This document shows positions 1 to 11,700 of a stretch of DNA of 64,000 nucleotides, piece after piece. The translations under genes were made by a program, and so were the position numbers. The DNA is taken from IMG/VR virus record IMGVR_UViG_3300045988_112739; one strand, written 5' to 3'. Under the pieces are notes generated by a model. That model had not been told where the DNA came from. It ran no database searches and saw only the letters and a program-made list of their open reading frames with translations. The DNA comes from a virus. Every line of letters starts with the position of its first letter. Position 1 is the stretch's first letter.

Positions 1-200
1 TTACATTTATCACATTTTATCTTAACAGATATTAATGAACTTTTAGGTAAATCTATTACCTTTACCATAAGTTTTGTGCCGCTAGTTGTAGTCACACCCC
101 ACGGCTTTTCGCTTTGTGGTATAATATACCCTAAATTTCTATAATATCGAATGCTGTTGGTTGATAAACTTACTTCGACCTCTTTTGTAATAAGCCCCAT
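1..200 (-). CDS. partial CDS (first 66 codons, continues past window start); HNH-type homing-endonuclease-like N-terminus
   Basis: Not in ORF track because it leaves the window. ATG at 200 with AAAGGAAG RBS 8 nt upstream; reads MGLITKEVEVSLSTNSIRYYRNLGYIIPQ...LMVKVIDLPKSSLISVKIKCDKC. Resemblance to N-termini of free-standing phage HNH endonucleases is from memory only. Confidence 0.35.
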   Translation of the reverse strand, partial: MGLITKEVEVSLSTNSIRYYRNLGYIIPQSEKPWGVTTTSGTKLMVKVIDLPKSSLISVKIKCDKC

Positions 201-416
201 TTGCTTTACTTCCTTTCTTTATGCAAAAGGAGTTAATCATGACTTTTGCTTAACCAATTCTCAAAACATTTGTTAAAGTCCTCGTTTCTTTCATATACCC
301 AAAAATGTTTATATGTTATTTTATGTAATCCAGTTAATACATCTTTAAAGCTATGATTTTCAAAATATTTTTTGATTTATGCTATAATAAATAAATATAC
401 TCATTTCTTATTTCCT

Positions 417-788
417 TTACTGAAAAATGTTAGGTAATATAGAATGCAACAAGTATGCAAGAATCCCTGTCCCTAACGCCCCTAAAACGGCGGCAACAGC
501 CCTGTCTACCCATGCAGCCTTGATTTTGTTTGAATTGGTTTTTAAATCCAGAACCTGCTCTGTTAAGCCAGACTGCGTTTCTTTGACGGCGGCAATGTCT
601 GTCTTAATATAAGTCATATCTTGTGCAATTAATCTAACAGATGTAGCAATTTCATGTATAGTCTTGTTTTCCTCTTTAATTGTTTTAATATCGTCTTCAA
701 GGTTATTAATTTTTTCAGTGTTGCTTTTCGCTCTTTCTGCGGTCTCGGTAAGTATCTTTATAATGGTTTCATTATCCATTATCATCAC
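417..788 (-). CDS. coiled-coil protein with C-terminal membrane anchor (XhlA-like lysis accessory?)
   Basis: 123 aa; charged heptad-like N-terminal two thirds, hydrophobic tail AVAAVLGALGTGILAYLL; last gene of the lysis cassette, overlaps the holin-like gene. Confidence 0.45.
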   Translation of the reverse strand: MMIMDNETIIKILTETAERAKSNTEKINNLEDDIKTIKEENKTIHEIATSVRLIAQDMTYIKTDIAAVKETQSGLTEQVLDLKTNSNKIKAAWVDRAVAAVLGALGTGILAYLLHSILPNIFQ

Positions 789-1146
789 TTCCTAAAATCT
801 TTTTCAATTTATCAATAGCTTGTTTAGTATAACTAATAATTGAAGTTATAAAAATACTAACAATTAAAAGAATACTAATAATCTCGTAAGCCTCTTGTGG
901 TAAATCGACCCCACTATACTGGGCGTAGCTAGGAAGCAATGTTACCAAAATAGAAAGAGAACCTAGTCCTACAACAAAGACCAAGAACTTTAATAAACTT
1001 TGAAGCAATTTCTTACAATCAAACTTCTTGCGCAGAGATTTCACATTATACCAAAGACCGAAACAAGTATTCGATAACATTGCTAACCCAAGCAAAATCA
1101 CTGCAAATCCGACTAACATAAGGTTGTGTAATACTAAATCAACCAT
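772..1146 (-). CDS. putative holin (small multi-pass membrane protein)
   Basis: 124 aa with 3-4 hydrophobic segments and charged C-terminus (KLKKILGSDDNG); lies 2 genes downstream of the amidase. Confidence 0.5.
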   Translation of the reverse strand: MVDLVLHNLMLVGFAVILLGLAMLSNTCFGLWYNVKSLRKKFDCKKLLQSLLKFLVFVVGLGSLSILVTLLPSYAQYSGVDLPQEAYEIISILLIVSIFITSIISYTKQAIDKLKKILGSDDNG

Positions 1147-1163
1147 GTTTATCCCTCGCTTTC

Positions 1164-1466
1164 TTAAATTAAGCTAAAGGACAGTTCCGCATAATTTTTT
1201 ATCTTATTATACAACTCTTTGGCTTTCGCCTTAGTCATCTTGTCTGTTGCTACAATTTGATATTTAACACCATTGTCAAAAACTAATCTTATTTCAAATC
1301 CATTTACACCATGTGCAAGTATTTGAGAAAGGACAATTCTTGCTTTGGGTTCTGTTAAACACGTTGCAACACAAAGAGTATATAACTCGTCTAAAATATT
1401 GTTTGGCGAAATCTGCTCTTTAATAACCGTAGTTTCTTTCGCACTTTTATTTCTAATAGATGGCAT
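1164..1466 (-). CDS. hypothetical protein
   Basis: 100-aa ORF packed between endolysin and holin-like gene, same strand. Confidence 0.55.
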   Translation of the reverse strand: MPSIRNKSAKETTVIKEQISPNNILDELYTLCVATCLTEPKARIVLSQILAHGVNGFEIRLVFDNGVKYQIVATDKMTKAKAKELYNKIKNYAELSFSLI

Positions 1467-1472
1467 GAACCA

Positions 1473-2522
1473 TCACCCCTTTAAACTCTGAATATATTGA
1501 AACGGAATATAAGCGAACTTGTTTGGAAATTTCTCACATTCCGGACTAGTAAATTTAACCCATATTGTGCCGTTTTCTGCTGTAACATTACTACCTAAGT
1601 AAACTATAATTTCTGTATTTTTAGGCAATCTTGATATAGTTTTAGCATTGCGTTCTGGCACATATTTAATAGGTGTTCTATCTTTAGTGGTAATATATTT
1701 AGAATAATAAACACTAGGTTTGTATACTAAATTTCCTAAATTGTCAAAAACTTTATATCCTCTATTATAATCAGCAATATTTTTTGCTGTTTCCAGATTG
1801 TTATAAGCACCTATTTGGCTCTCAACATTATCTTTGCTTCTTCTGATTTTATAGGGTATATTTTCTACTGGTTTTTCATATTCTGATAAATATTTCTTGA
1901 CTGTTGTTTTGAATTTATCCCAATGTGGCATAATATAAAGAGGACAAACTTTCGTTACTCCTTTTTCAATATGAGTATTGAGATAATCCACACTACCGTC
2001 AAGTCCTAAATTTTTATTTATCCAGTAAGTATGAGTTCTTAACGCAGAAACGCCTAAATCATTTTCGTGGAGAAAATATGCTGCTAATCTAGCAGTTTTG
2101 TCTTCTGCTATAACATCTGATTGTTTATTTTCATTCATAATGCACTCAATAGCAATATCATCTATTGCGCCAGTATTATAAGTACCTCTTGCATTACACC
2201 ATGCTACCTCATCAAATTCAAGTAACTGCCATACAGAACTTTCATCTACATACAAGTGCGGTCTAACTGAACCCATATTTTCATTATATGTAGCAAGAGT
2301 ATATCTTTCAGCATCATCTTGAATATTATCTAGGTCAGCGGTATTATGAATTGTAACTGTATTCACTTTAGACATTTTTACATTCGCTTTATACAATGCA
2401 TTAGGAGAAAATTTTGCATTTCTAGCTTTAGTAGGGTCTTTCCATTTGAGACCATCTGGAATAATTTTTTGTTTAATCTGTATTCCTGCTATTGTAATTA
2501 TTTTGTCAGGAGTAATCGTCAT
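1473..2522 (-). CDS. endolysin, N-acetylmuramoyl-L-alanine amidase (amidase_2/PGRP type) with C-terminal SH3-like binding region
   Basis: Motifs TIHNTAD, HLYVDES, AWCNARG, IAIECIMNE typical of zinc amidase_2; RBS AAGGTGA before ATG at 2522 (track start 2555 is an upstream alternative). Confidence 0.75.
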   Translation of the reverse strand: MTITPDKIITIAGIQIKQKIIPDGLKWKDPTKARNAKFSPNALYKANVKMSKVNTVTIHNTADLDNIQDDAERYTLATYNENMGSVRPHLYVDESSVWQLLEFDEVAWCNARGTYNTGAIDDIAIECIMNENKQSDVIAEDKTARLAAYFLHENDLGVSALRTHTYWINKNLGLDGSVDYLNTHIEKGVTKVCPLYIMPHWDKFKTTVKKYLSEYEKPVENIPYKIRRSKDNVESQIGAYNNLETAKNIADYNRGYKVFDNLGNLVYKPSVYYSKYITTKDRTPIKYVPERNAKTISRLPKNTEIIVYLGSNVTAENGTIWVKFTSPECEKFPNKFAYIPFQYIQSLKG

Positions 2523-2544
2523 ATGTTTCACCTTTTTAACTATC

Positions 2545-3996
2545 CTATGATTCAATTAAATCGTAAGTTATCTTCATCGTCTGGGCACTAGTTTTTGTTA
2601 CTGGAGTGGCTAGATTATTAATAGTAGCCAAATAAGTGAAGTCTTTATTAAGATACAGTTTTGGCGCATTATAATAGTTGTAACGAGATATAAAATATGG
2701 GTATATATCTGTATATGTATAAATTTGCATATTATCCATATTCGAAATGTTATCTTGCCAATATCCTAGCCTAATAATATCCCCATCTTCGGTTATACAT
2801 TGGTTGTTCTGTAAGAAATGTGCTTTACGTTTCAAATCATAAAGCCTTTCCCATCTCCTATCGCTATAGCTACTGGTCAAATCAAAATTTTTTATGAAAT
2901 TTCCGTTAAAATCCACAGCAGCCAAGCGATAGGAATTCGTGTCAAGTTGAAACCATGCTATAATAAAATTATTCATCAAACAAAATGGTTTATAACCGTT
3001 ATATTTGTAATGAAAATAACTGTTCCCAGTACCCACATTGGCGAATCTTTTGATATAAAAATCATCAGGAAAACTTTGAACATTAATAAGTATTTTTTTA
3101 TCAAGGGCAACAGCTCCTGTTAAAGCATTAATTCTATTACAATTAAACCAAATGTCGTAGTGTATCTTATCTTCTTGTTCTTGATGACCATATCCAATGC
3201 AACGTATAAAACCATCCGAATCTGTATAACTAGTATAATCTCCTGGGTTTGTAATAGATATGTCCTGTGTCTTATATGGCGAACTTGCAGAACTACCACA
3301 ATCACCCCAATTTAATTCTATCTTTTCTGTGTTAAGTATTTTATAATAAGAAAGTCTAAATGTTGTTGTAGACGGATTTGACAAAGAAACAATGGTATCT
3401 TTAGCTACTATCCCTCTAACTCCACCAAATTCGCTTGTTGGAACATCTCCTGGGATATTGTATAAAAGTCTTGACAGGTTGTTATCAAAATTATAAAAAT
3501 TAGTTATCTTAGGATTATAATTATCTGCTACCGAGTCCCAATATTCATTAAGTCCTATATATCCACCTGTGCGACTTGTTAAACAAACGCAAGCGATTGT
3601 CCCGTTTGCACGGTCTGTAGCAAAATCCCACACCAACCGATATCCGTTGCTAAGAGTTCTACACTCTGTCTCATTCAACGTTCCAGTCCATGGGTTAGTT
3701 CCAGAATATACTCTTCCAGCATGTCCAACTGCGCCCTCACCATTTGCATATATCAAATTTGAGTTTTCTTCCTTTTTATTACTAAAAAGAAGTACTCCAC
3801 CCATGGCGTTAGTAGATATAGGTAAAGTGTTGTCAAGAATCGTTTTTATACTTGTATTACACGACACAAATTCAACCGGAAGATTTAAAAGCTTCTGTAC
3901 GGCACTTGTAACCATATTATTTTCTTCTACTACTTGTTCTAACTCCCCGGTTTCCGCGTTAAATAATTCTATTTTTGTACGCCCTTTGATTTTCAT
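2545..3996 (-). CDS. tail fibre / receptor-binding-like structural protein (function inferred from position only)
   Basis: 483-aa ORF, last large gene of tail module immediately before lysis cassette. Confidence 0.4.
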   Translation of the reverse strand: MKIKGRTKIELFNAETGELEQVVEENNMVTSAVQKLLNLPVEFVSCNTSIKTILDNTLPISTNAMGGVLLFSNKKEENSNLIYANGEGAVGHAGRVYSGTNPWTGTLNETECRTLSNGYRLVWDFATDRANGTIACVCLTSRTGGYIGLNEYWDSVADNYNPKITNFYNFDNNLSRLLYNIPGDVPTSEFGGVRGIVAKDTIVSLSNPSTTTFRLSYYKILNTEKIELNWGDCGSSASSPYKTQDISITNPGDYTSYTDSDGFIRCIGYGHQEQEDKIHYDIWFNCNRINALTGAVALDKKILINVQSFPDDFYIKRFANVGTGNSYFHYKYNGYKPFCLMNNFIIAWFQLDTNSYRLAAVDFNGNFIKNFDLTSSYSDRRWERLYDLKRKAHFLQNNQCITEDGDIIRLGYWQDNISNMDNMQIYTYTDIYPYFISRYNYYNAPKLYLNKDFTYLATINNLATPVTKTSAQTMKITYDLIES

Positions 3997-3997
3997 A

Positions 3998-4684
3998 TCA
4001 TTCTCCCTCCAAATAGTTCATAGTATAAGTAAAAGCCCTATTAAAGCTCTTAATGTAAGTATCATAAGCACTTTCTTTAATATTTCCTAATTCGTTCTTA
4101 TACAAAATATTTACCTCACCAGATACTTGACCCATATCAGCAACCGTAAGTTTAATCCTAGACACATCTGATATTTCTACTTTTACAGGGTTAAACGTAT
4201 ATTTAACTCCGCCAAATGTAGCAGTTATTTCAAAAGCTTTTATATTTTCGTTGGCAGAAATACTTGTGATTGGGTTTGTCATTTCAATATATATAGTGGT
4301 GCTATCAGTGCTATACACACTCCCAGTAACACAAGGCATGTTATCTGTTATCCTTGAGGTTGTTAAAACAAAAGAATTAATATAGTGATAAGCCACATTC
4401 TCTGTAAAAGAAATATCTATTGGGGTTTGAACATCATATATAAGTTCATCTTCGATATCCATGGTTTTTAACGCAAAGGGATTAATTTTAAAATACCCAG
4501 TTTTTTCTCTGAAATGCAAATATCCGTCCCATAAATTAGAGGTGTCAATTTTTCTTGCAATGGTTACAGCCATAGCAATAGCATTATTCCATCTCAAGTC
4601 TGTTGCGGCTGTTTTCCAACGCACAGGAATGCTAACATCTGTGTCACTGACAAATTCTATTTTTTTCTCGTTTACATCAGACAT
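3998..4684 (-). CDS. hypothetical tail-tip/baseplate protein
   Basis: 228-aa ORF tightly coupled (2-nt gap) to downstream gene. Confidence 0.5.
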   Translation of the reverse strand: MSDVNEKKIEFVSDTDVSIPVRWKTAATDLRWNNAIAMAVTIARKIDTSNLWDGYLHFREKTGYFKINPFALKTMDIEDELIYDVQTPIDISFTENVAYHYINSFVLTTSRITDNMPCVTGSVYSTDSTTIYIEMTNPITSISANENIKAFEITATFGGVKYTFNPVKVEISDVSRIKLTVADMGQVSGEVNILYKNELGNIKESAYDTYIKSFNRAFTYTMNYLEGE

Positions 4685-4847
4685 TTTTCCCTACTCCTCT
4701 CGCTGTTATGACTATTGTGACGACAAAATTGCAAAAATCTATATCTGCATCTTCGTTTGCCCACTCAATAGTTGCATAGTTATCCCCTCTTATTGCTTTT
4801 ATAATACGACCTTTTTCATCTTTATAAAATTTCAAATCAGGTATCAT
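4677..4847 (-). CDS. small hypothetical protein (56 aa, below track cutoff)
   Basis: ATG 4847 two nt after stop of upstream gene; MIPDLKFYKDEKGRIIKAIRGDNYATIEWANEDADIDF...; fills an otherwise empty 165-nt gap; overlaps next start by 8 nt. Confidence 0.4.
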   Translation of the reverse strand: MIPDLKFYKDEKGRIIKAIRGDNYATIEWANEDADIDFCNFVVTIVITARGVGKNV

Positions 4848-4849
4848 AT

Positions 4850-5254
4850 TTATTCGCCCTCAAAAATCCCAATATATCTTTCAATGCCAGCGTTTGTATG
4901 CACAGAATAATCTATATTGGAATTTATAGTAATTGACGTAATTGGTTCAAGAGAATAACCGCCATCATATCTTGGTTCACCGCAACGCTCTCCAATCCAA
5001 CCTTTTGCAGGATTGCTAGTATAAAAGACTTTTACGCTGTCACCAGACGATAATAGTTCACCTGTCTTATTAAAAAATGTATACTGCGTTTTATTTTCGT
5101 CATCTACAAAGTAAACAAAAGCTTTTAAAGTATTATTATCATATTCTGTTACCACTGCGGCTCTTTGCCGCAAATATCCACAATTATTATTATTTAAATG
5201 TTTTTCTATTCTGTTATCAATTATATCAAGAAATTGCCCCACAGAATCAGCCAT
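4850..5254 (-). CDS. hypothetical tail protein
   Basis: 134-aa ORF in tail-tip gene array. Confidence 0.55.
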   Translation of the reverse strand: MADSVGQFLDIIDNRIEKHLNNNNCGYLRQRAAVVTEYDNNTLKAFVYFVDDENKTQYTFFNKTGELLSSGDSVKVFYTSNPAKGWIGERCGEPRYDGGYSLEPITSITINSNIDYSVHTNAGIERYIGIFEGE

Positions 5255-5258
5255 AAAC

Positions 5259-6509
5259 TCATGTCACCCCCGAAGAATAATATGGTAATACCGCTACATT
5301 AGTAGCAGAAATTTTCATCGAACTTTTATTAAAAGGGAAAGTAATGCTCTGTATTATATGTTTTTCAACAGATTTACTATAGAACTCATCATATATATCA
5401 ATAACTCTATTTACATCTAAATGTGGTAAAAACGTACATTCAATATCCGCGCTAAGTTGTATAATAGACTTCATTTTAAGATAGTATTTAGCATAATCTT
5501 CGCATTTTTGTGGAGAATATGCCATAGCAGTCTCTATGCTTTCTCCTTGCCTAATACCCACTAAAGACACTCTTACAGGAGATTTAGGGTTATCATTAGT
5601 TACAGTGGCGTAGTTGTATACACCTTCATACCCTTCACCAAAAACCATTATCTTATTAATTGCCTTAGATATATCATAAGAAGCAGTATAAGAAATATAG
5701 TCTGATTTATCAGGAGAAAAAAACCACTGAACACCCTGACCTACATACAAATAATCAGTAGTGCCTTTTGTCAGGTTTAAATGTCCATCTGTATCATAAT
5801 AGATATCTGCTCCCAACATCATGGCAAGTTCTATCATCATATCTCCTAAAAAACCGCCAGCACCAACAGTTAAGTCGTATGGTATTGGTTCGTCTTCTAA
5901 CCTACTATCTATAATTGGTATAACAGGGTCAATAGCATATCCATTACCCTTATCTATAGTTAAAATATTACGAATTACATCAGCTATTTTAGGTGTTTGT
6001 TGCTGTAGTTTTTTAAGTTCTTCATCGCTAAGTTGTTCACTATATCTATCTTCTGGTATAACAGAGATTTTATAGTCTACATCAAGAATGGAAGCACCTA
6101 AATCACTAGTAAATGCGGCAAACTTATCAATTCCAGTTATATGAGTTATTTTCTTCTCGCATGAAATATTTTGTACAAAAAATACTCCTTGACTAAACCA
6201 ATAAATATCTCCTGTCGCTTGGTCTTTCAATCCAGTGTAAAGCCTAAATTTTCTATGATACCAAAACATAGAGTTTTCATTAGGTAAATATTTTTGGTCT
6301 ATATTTATTACAGAAAATTCACAAGTTCTACGAACACCTTGTTGATATTTAACAGATATACTACCCTCGCTATCAAGGCTAATATCTTGAGTAATATCCA
6401 TAATAGTAAACTCACTATAATCCAATATCTCAATTTTAAATACTGGATATTTTTGAGGGCGTTTACAAATATCAATATATTTCTGATTATAAAAATTGGT
6501 ATATTCCAA
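5259..6509 (-). CDS. tail-tip / baseplate hub-like protein
   Basis: 416 aa, second gene after tape measure (usual position of Tal/hub proteins); no motif verified. Confidence 0.4.
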   Translation of the reverse strand: MEYTNFYNQKYIDICKRPQKYPVFKIEILDYSEFTIMDITQDISLDSEGSISVKYQQGVRRTCEFSVINIDQKYLPNENSMFWYHRKFRLYTGLKDQATGDIYWFSQGVFFVQNISCEKKITHITGIDKFAAFTSDLGASILDVDYKISVIPEDRYSEQLSDEELKKLQQQTPKIADVIRNILTIDKGNGYAIDPVIPIIDSRLEDEPIPYDLTVGAGGFLGDMMIELAMMLGADIYYDTDGHLNLTKGTTDYLYVGQGVQWFFSPDKSDYISYTASYDISKAINKIMVFGEGYEGVYNYATVTNDNPKSPVRVSLVGIRQGESIETAMAYSPQKCEDYAKYYLKMKSIIQLSADIECTFLPHLDVNRVIDIYDEFYSKSVEKHIIQSITFPFNKSSMKISATNVAVLPYYSSGVT

Positions 6510-6522
6510 TTAAAACGCCCCC

Positions 6523-8670
6523 TTAATTACTTAATATTCTAACCTTACTTATAGGATAAGTTTCTACAAAATCTAATTTTTCTGTTATAGAACGTTCTAC
6601 TGGTTGTGTATTGTCTATTTCGCTATTATGGCTAACTATACTACCAAACCATTTATTTCCTCGATAATCTTTAATCATAACAGGAATACCACTAGCAATC
6701 AACTCTTTTAGATGTTTATAATACACCTCGTCTTTATTAATAACTTCGTTCCAACCATAATTGATAGAGTTCGCAAAATCTTGAGTAAAATTTCTATCAA
6801 AAGTTGTTCCGTCTGGATATTTAACTTCTGTATTGCCTAACTGGAAAGATAATGAAAATGTATCATAAGTCGTTTCCCATGCGGCTGTACTAGCTTTTAC
6901 AGCATAACCCACATAAGTATTCCTGCCAAGATTATGAGATATGCTATGTTTATCTACTACATTAAGTTCAGGTCTGACGATATCTATTACATTGAAACTT
7001 CTTTCAGCATACATATAATCATAATCTATACGTTTATCAGTTTGAACATCAAATCTAGTATAAGCCTGTTCTTGCAAAAAGTAGATTGAATATGTATAAA
7101 AATCTGTATCATAATATTGAGATATCGCGGGAAGATACATTAAACTTGTAGAAGAATCTCCAGTAGATACAAAATCGCAAATATAATACCTATATTTCTT
7201 TCTACTAACAGAATCATAATCTATAAATGTGTTCGTTTGATTGGCTTTAATACTGTTGTATGTTAAAGTAGCTACATAAATGATTTCGTTGCTACCATAT
7301 TCTTGTCTTAATATTTTAGTACCACATAAACCTTTGCTCGGAGCAGTTAGGGCTTTAATATGTTTATATGTTAATTCTATTGCGTTTTTTTCTTTATTAT
7401 ATTTCATAGCAATTGAATTTATATTAGTTTCTGCACTACCACTTGTTATTGCATTAGGCGTTTCTGCCTCAACGTCCCAATTTGTTTGTGTAGTAACATA
7501 TAGTTTTGCTTTATAACTATGCCCTGTAACATATCCTCTAAAAACATATTCTAAAGCACCAATATACATTTTTTCAGAAGTATCAACTAATAAAGAATTG
7601 CTAGTTATATTCCCACTAGTATTTGTTACATCATATATTTCCCATTTTTGATATTTAGTAAAAGATTTAGAATTTAGACTAGCAGTAAATTTAATAACTT
7701 CTGCATCAAACACTCCTTGTAGATTTTCAATTACAGGGGTAGGTTCTGTTTCAAAATAGAAAAATGGACTTTCTATATAACTACAATATAACGTATAATC
7801 TGTACCAACATCAGGAGTTGTACTAAAAGCACTAATTAATTCTACATAACCTAACGATTTTTTATAGGTCTTAATTGCCCGAAACTCTCCATTAATCTCT
7901 AAATAGTAACATGGCTGATTTGTGGTAGGATATGGTAAATCAGTTCTTCCACCAATATGCCCTACTCTATGGTCTGTTGTCTCAGATTCGTCAATAGCTA
8001 TATCTGGAGCGATAAACAAACCATTTTCACTTACTTGAAGTTTAACATTTCTATAAGGTGATATGGTATATTCTGTCCCCTCTGCCACTTCATCAGTTGT
8101 TTCGTTTTTTAATCTTATTCTCGTTTTAACTGGTTTTTGATTTTGGTCTACTCCCACTCTGGCTTCTAATATAATTCTACGTTCGCCATTTACAGTTATC
8201 CAAGATGGTAGTGTTATTGTTTCTGTAGTATCTAAATCTAACATTTTTTTATTTGCTTTCCCATCAGAGCCTAGAACTGTAGCAAGAGTCTTGCCAGAAA
8301 TAAAAGGACTGGCTTTAGTTGTTCCACTTACAACCCTAATATTTGGATTTTTGCTATTTGCAATATCAACATCATCATAAACTCTAACTTTCCATACAAA
8401 TTGTTTATTGTTATTACTTGAAACATTTGTTGCTAACGTGTCTATTTCTTCTGTATTATAGTAGTAAAGCTTTTTTGCTCCTGCGGCGTAATCAGAATAG
8501 ATATTATTGTTCCAAAGATTATTAGTATTCATTTCGTAAATAAAGTAGTCTGCACCAATAGTTCTATCACCATAGAACGTAAATTTAAAAGCGTTTCTTG
8601 CTCTATTAGTCATAGTAGCTGCGTCTATGCTAACATTTTGAGGATAAGCATTTACTATTGAACAATTCAT
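6523..8670 (-). CDS. tail structural protein in the position of the distal tail protein
   Basis: 715 aa, first gene after tape measure. Confidence 0.4.
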   Translation of the reverse strand: MNCSIVNAYPQNVSIDAATMTNRARNAFKFTFYGDRTIGADYFIYEMNTNNLWNNNIYSDYAAGAKKLYYYNTEEIDTLATNVSSNNNKQFVWKVRVYDDVDIANSKNPNIRVVSGTTKASPFISGKTLATVLGSDGKANKKMLDLDTTETITLPSWITVNGERRIILEARVGVDQNQKPVKTRIRLKNETTDEVAEGTEYTISPYRNVKLQVSENGLFIAPDIAIDESETTDHRVGHIGGRTDLPYPTTNQPCYYLEINGEFRAIKTYKKSLGYVELISAFSTTPDVGTDYTLYCSYIESPFFYFETEPTPVIENLQGVFDAEVIKFTASLNSKSFTKYQKWEIYDVTNTSGNITSNSLLVDTSEKMYIGALEYVFRGYVTGHSYKAKLYVTTQTNWDVEAETPNAITSGSAETNINSIAMKYNKEKNAIELTYKHIKALTAPSKGLCGTKILRQEYGSNEIIYVATLTYNSIKANQTNTFIDYDSVSRKKYRYYICDFVSTGDSSTSLMYLPAISQYYDTDFYTYSIYFLQEQAYTRFDVQTDKRIDYDYMYAERSFNVIDIVRPELNVVDKHSISHNLGRNTYVGYAVKASTAAWETTYDTFSLSFQLGNTEVKYPDGTTFDRNFTQDFANSINYGWNEVINKDEVYYKHLKELIASGIPVMIKDYRGNKWFGSIVSHNSEIDNTQPVERSITEKLDFVETYPISKVRILSN

Positions 8671-8711
8671 AAAATCACCACCATTCTAAATATTAAAAGT
8701 ATCACCACTGT

Positions 8712-11700
8712 TTACTGCACAGTGGTGATACCATTTTTGTTTTGTATCTTAGTAACAATTTCAGACCAGAAACTTTCAGCGTCAATGTTTTTGTCAAACT
8801 TAAATTCCATATCACCTGTAAAGGTATAGTTGTTTTTAACTTCTCCTGTGTTAGTAACGTTTGTTATCATATTAGTAGTTGGCTTAGTTTCTGCGAAAGA
8901 TGTAGGTTTAAGTATTTCTGCATATTTGTCAAGGCTAGTCGCCAATGTGGTTACAGAAGTGCCTAATGCAGTCATAATAGACTTCCAGTCAAAAGCAAAT
9001 CCGCTTTTCCCATTAGTAGCATAGCCACCAGAAATAAGATTTGCTTTTGCTTTGTTAAGTTCTTTTTGACTTTGAGCGTCCTCAAATCCTAAATTGATGT
9101 CAACCGCTTTACCATAACGACTACGGAAAGCTTGTTGTTCTTTATCACTTAGATTAAGTAAATCTTTAGCACTTAATGTACTAGCATTTACTCCACGATA
9201 TTGTGCAAGCCAACTTAAAGCAGATTTGACATCTCTTTGATTTTGTATTGTTTCAGGAATGTTACTGAAACTCTCTCCGTATTTCTCTAACCATTCTTTA
9301 CTATCTTCTAAATCTTGTTTTCTATTTTCTTCAAGTTGTTGGTCATATTCCTGTTGTGCTTTCTTAATATCTTTCTTATTAGTAGTCCACTCAAATTGAC
9401 CTGTTTCAGCATTGTATTCACGAACACTTCTTTGTGTCTTAGCTTTATTAAGAGCCTCAAGTTTTTCTTGTAAAGCAATTTGTCTTTGTTGAGCTTCATT
9501 CTTTTTATCAAGCAAATCTATCTCTTTATCTAAAGCATCAATTTCAAGCTGTGCCGCTGCAACAATACCGTTGGCAATATCTTCATAGTATTCTACTTGT
9601 TTAGATAGTACAGTAGATATATCGGATAAAGCGTCCTCAACGGAATAAACAGATTTTTCTATAGTATCTACTATACCATCAGCAGTATCTTCTGCTACTT
9701 CCCCTGTTGCTTCTAGCAAGTCTTTTATTGCACTAATAGAATCAACAACCTGTTGACCGCCAATTATTAGAGATGGATTCTTGGCAATTGTTTCATACCA
9801 CGCTGTAGTGTCTAATGTGTTTAAATCAATAAAATCACTTATTGTTAATTTGCCCGTCAATGCTTGCGCTTCCGTTAGCTTATTAAAATTGTTTAGTATT
9901 TCCTCTTTTGCCGCTGTAACTGTAGCAAAATTCTTTAAATCTATATGATACTGTTTGTTGAATTTGTCCACTAATTCTTTATTACCTAAGATGGCGTTTT
10001 TATAAAAATCGCTACTATAGCTTAATTTTTCAATTTGTGCATTTTTGTAATTTGTTTTATCTTGTTCATATAACTCTTTAAATTTAGAAATAAGTTCTTG
10101 TCTAGTCATTTCTTTACGAAGATACCTGTCAATATATTCTGTTATAGCAGGATAAGCGGATTTCATAGAATCGAGAGTATCTAATGTAATTTGACTGCTC
10201 TCTTGTCCTAATTCATGCATTAGACTATAAGCATCTTTCATACGAGATGTTACAACGTCTAATCGAGAATCAAGCTCCTCGTCAAGATTGACGGAGGCTG
10301 TAGAAGACCCTTGGTCAAACTTATTTGCGAACTCTTCGATAATTTTAGGATAATCTTTTAAGTATTCTTGACATTCTTTTAGTATTTCTATATACCAGCT
10401 TGGAGCATTAGACATTGCTCCTCTCAGCTCTGGCTTTAAGTTGTTGTCCTCGTCAAAAAGCTCGGCAAGTTGATATTTTTCGGCATCGGCTCGTGTTTTA
10501 GAATATTTATTTTCTATTGCAGACTTTGCATCAATGTAATTAGTGTAATTTTTCAAATCAATTCCGTATTTGTTTTTAAATTCTTCCACAAAGCTGGAAT
10601 TCTCGTTAAGCCAACTAGAATAATACTCATCTGTTTTCATATACTTCTTTTGCTGATAATCATAAAAATTATCAATATCGTTATTATAGAACTGCTTAAA
10701 TGCTTTTAATAACTCATCGTTATCAATCATACCCAAACGATATTTCTCAACAATAGAAGCCATACCAGAATACTGGTCTACCATACTACTAAGAATATCT
10801 TCGCTTATAGTACTATCTCCATATCCAGCAACTTCCGCTATAAGTTCACCAGCAGATTTTATAGCTGTGACATATTCGTTGGCAGTAGTTTTAACACCAT
10901 CAACAGCATTGCTAACAATCTGTTTTTCAAGTTCTAATAGTTTGTTTTGGTTTGTTATTTCTAATCTTTGTTCATCAGTAATATCTTTTTGTTTTACCAT
11001 TGTGGCATTATTAATATTCAACTGCTCATCTAAGGTGTCTAACATAGACTGTACATAATCGTTACGAACAGCCTCTATTTTTGCAATATTATCCAATCCA
11101 CCCTGAGTAAGATTTGTTATATCTACACCAGCAGTTTTTAACTCAAACAGTTCCTCTATATCAGGAGTTGTCCCCTCTGAAAGAGCTTTTATTGCATTGT
11201 TAAGTTTTTCTATGTTGTCTACTGCGTTAGTAATTTGTTTTGCATCTGTAGGGAATCCGGCAATTAAATCCGTTGCTGTAATCGTTTCGGTTTTTTGATA
11301 AGTATATCCTAATAGTTCAAGGGAATCCACTATTTCAGAGATACTCATATCAATATCGTTTTTGTCTTTTAAACTTTCTCTAATTCCACCAAGTAAATCA
11401 GTAATTTCTTTATCTTGTGTTTGCTTAATATCTGTAGCAAACATACCTTTTATTTTTTCAGACAACCCGCTACTTTCTACTGCTTTATCAATTAGTATAT
11501 TAGCTTGTGCTTTTTGTTGAGATTTTTCAAATTCTTGTCCTGCTTCTGTAATACTTCTGCCAACAAGTTCTGCAATTCTTTCGTTGCTAGTTAATCCTGT
11601 TGCAGTAGATAATGTTTGCAATAAATTATCTGCAACGGTCTTTAAATCATTGTATGCTTTCTCATCAACTTCTCCAGAACCTGCCAAAGTGTTCATTTGA

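Noticed and set aside
3569-4090. Plus-strand ORFs of 60-200 aa antisense to the structural genes (e.g. 2818-3123, 3569-4090, 4461-4910, 12880-13281, 13941-14255, 16159-16506).
   Set aside because: They lie entirely inside longer, well-packed minus-strand genes. They lack RBS and have low-complexity, hydrophobic translations typical of antisense frames in AT-rich DNA.
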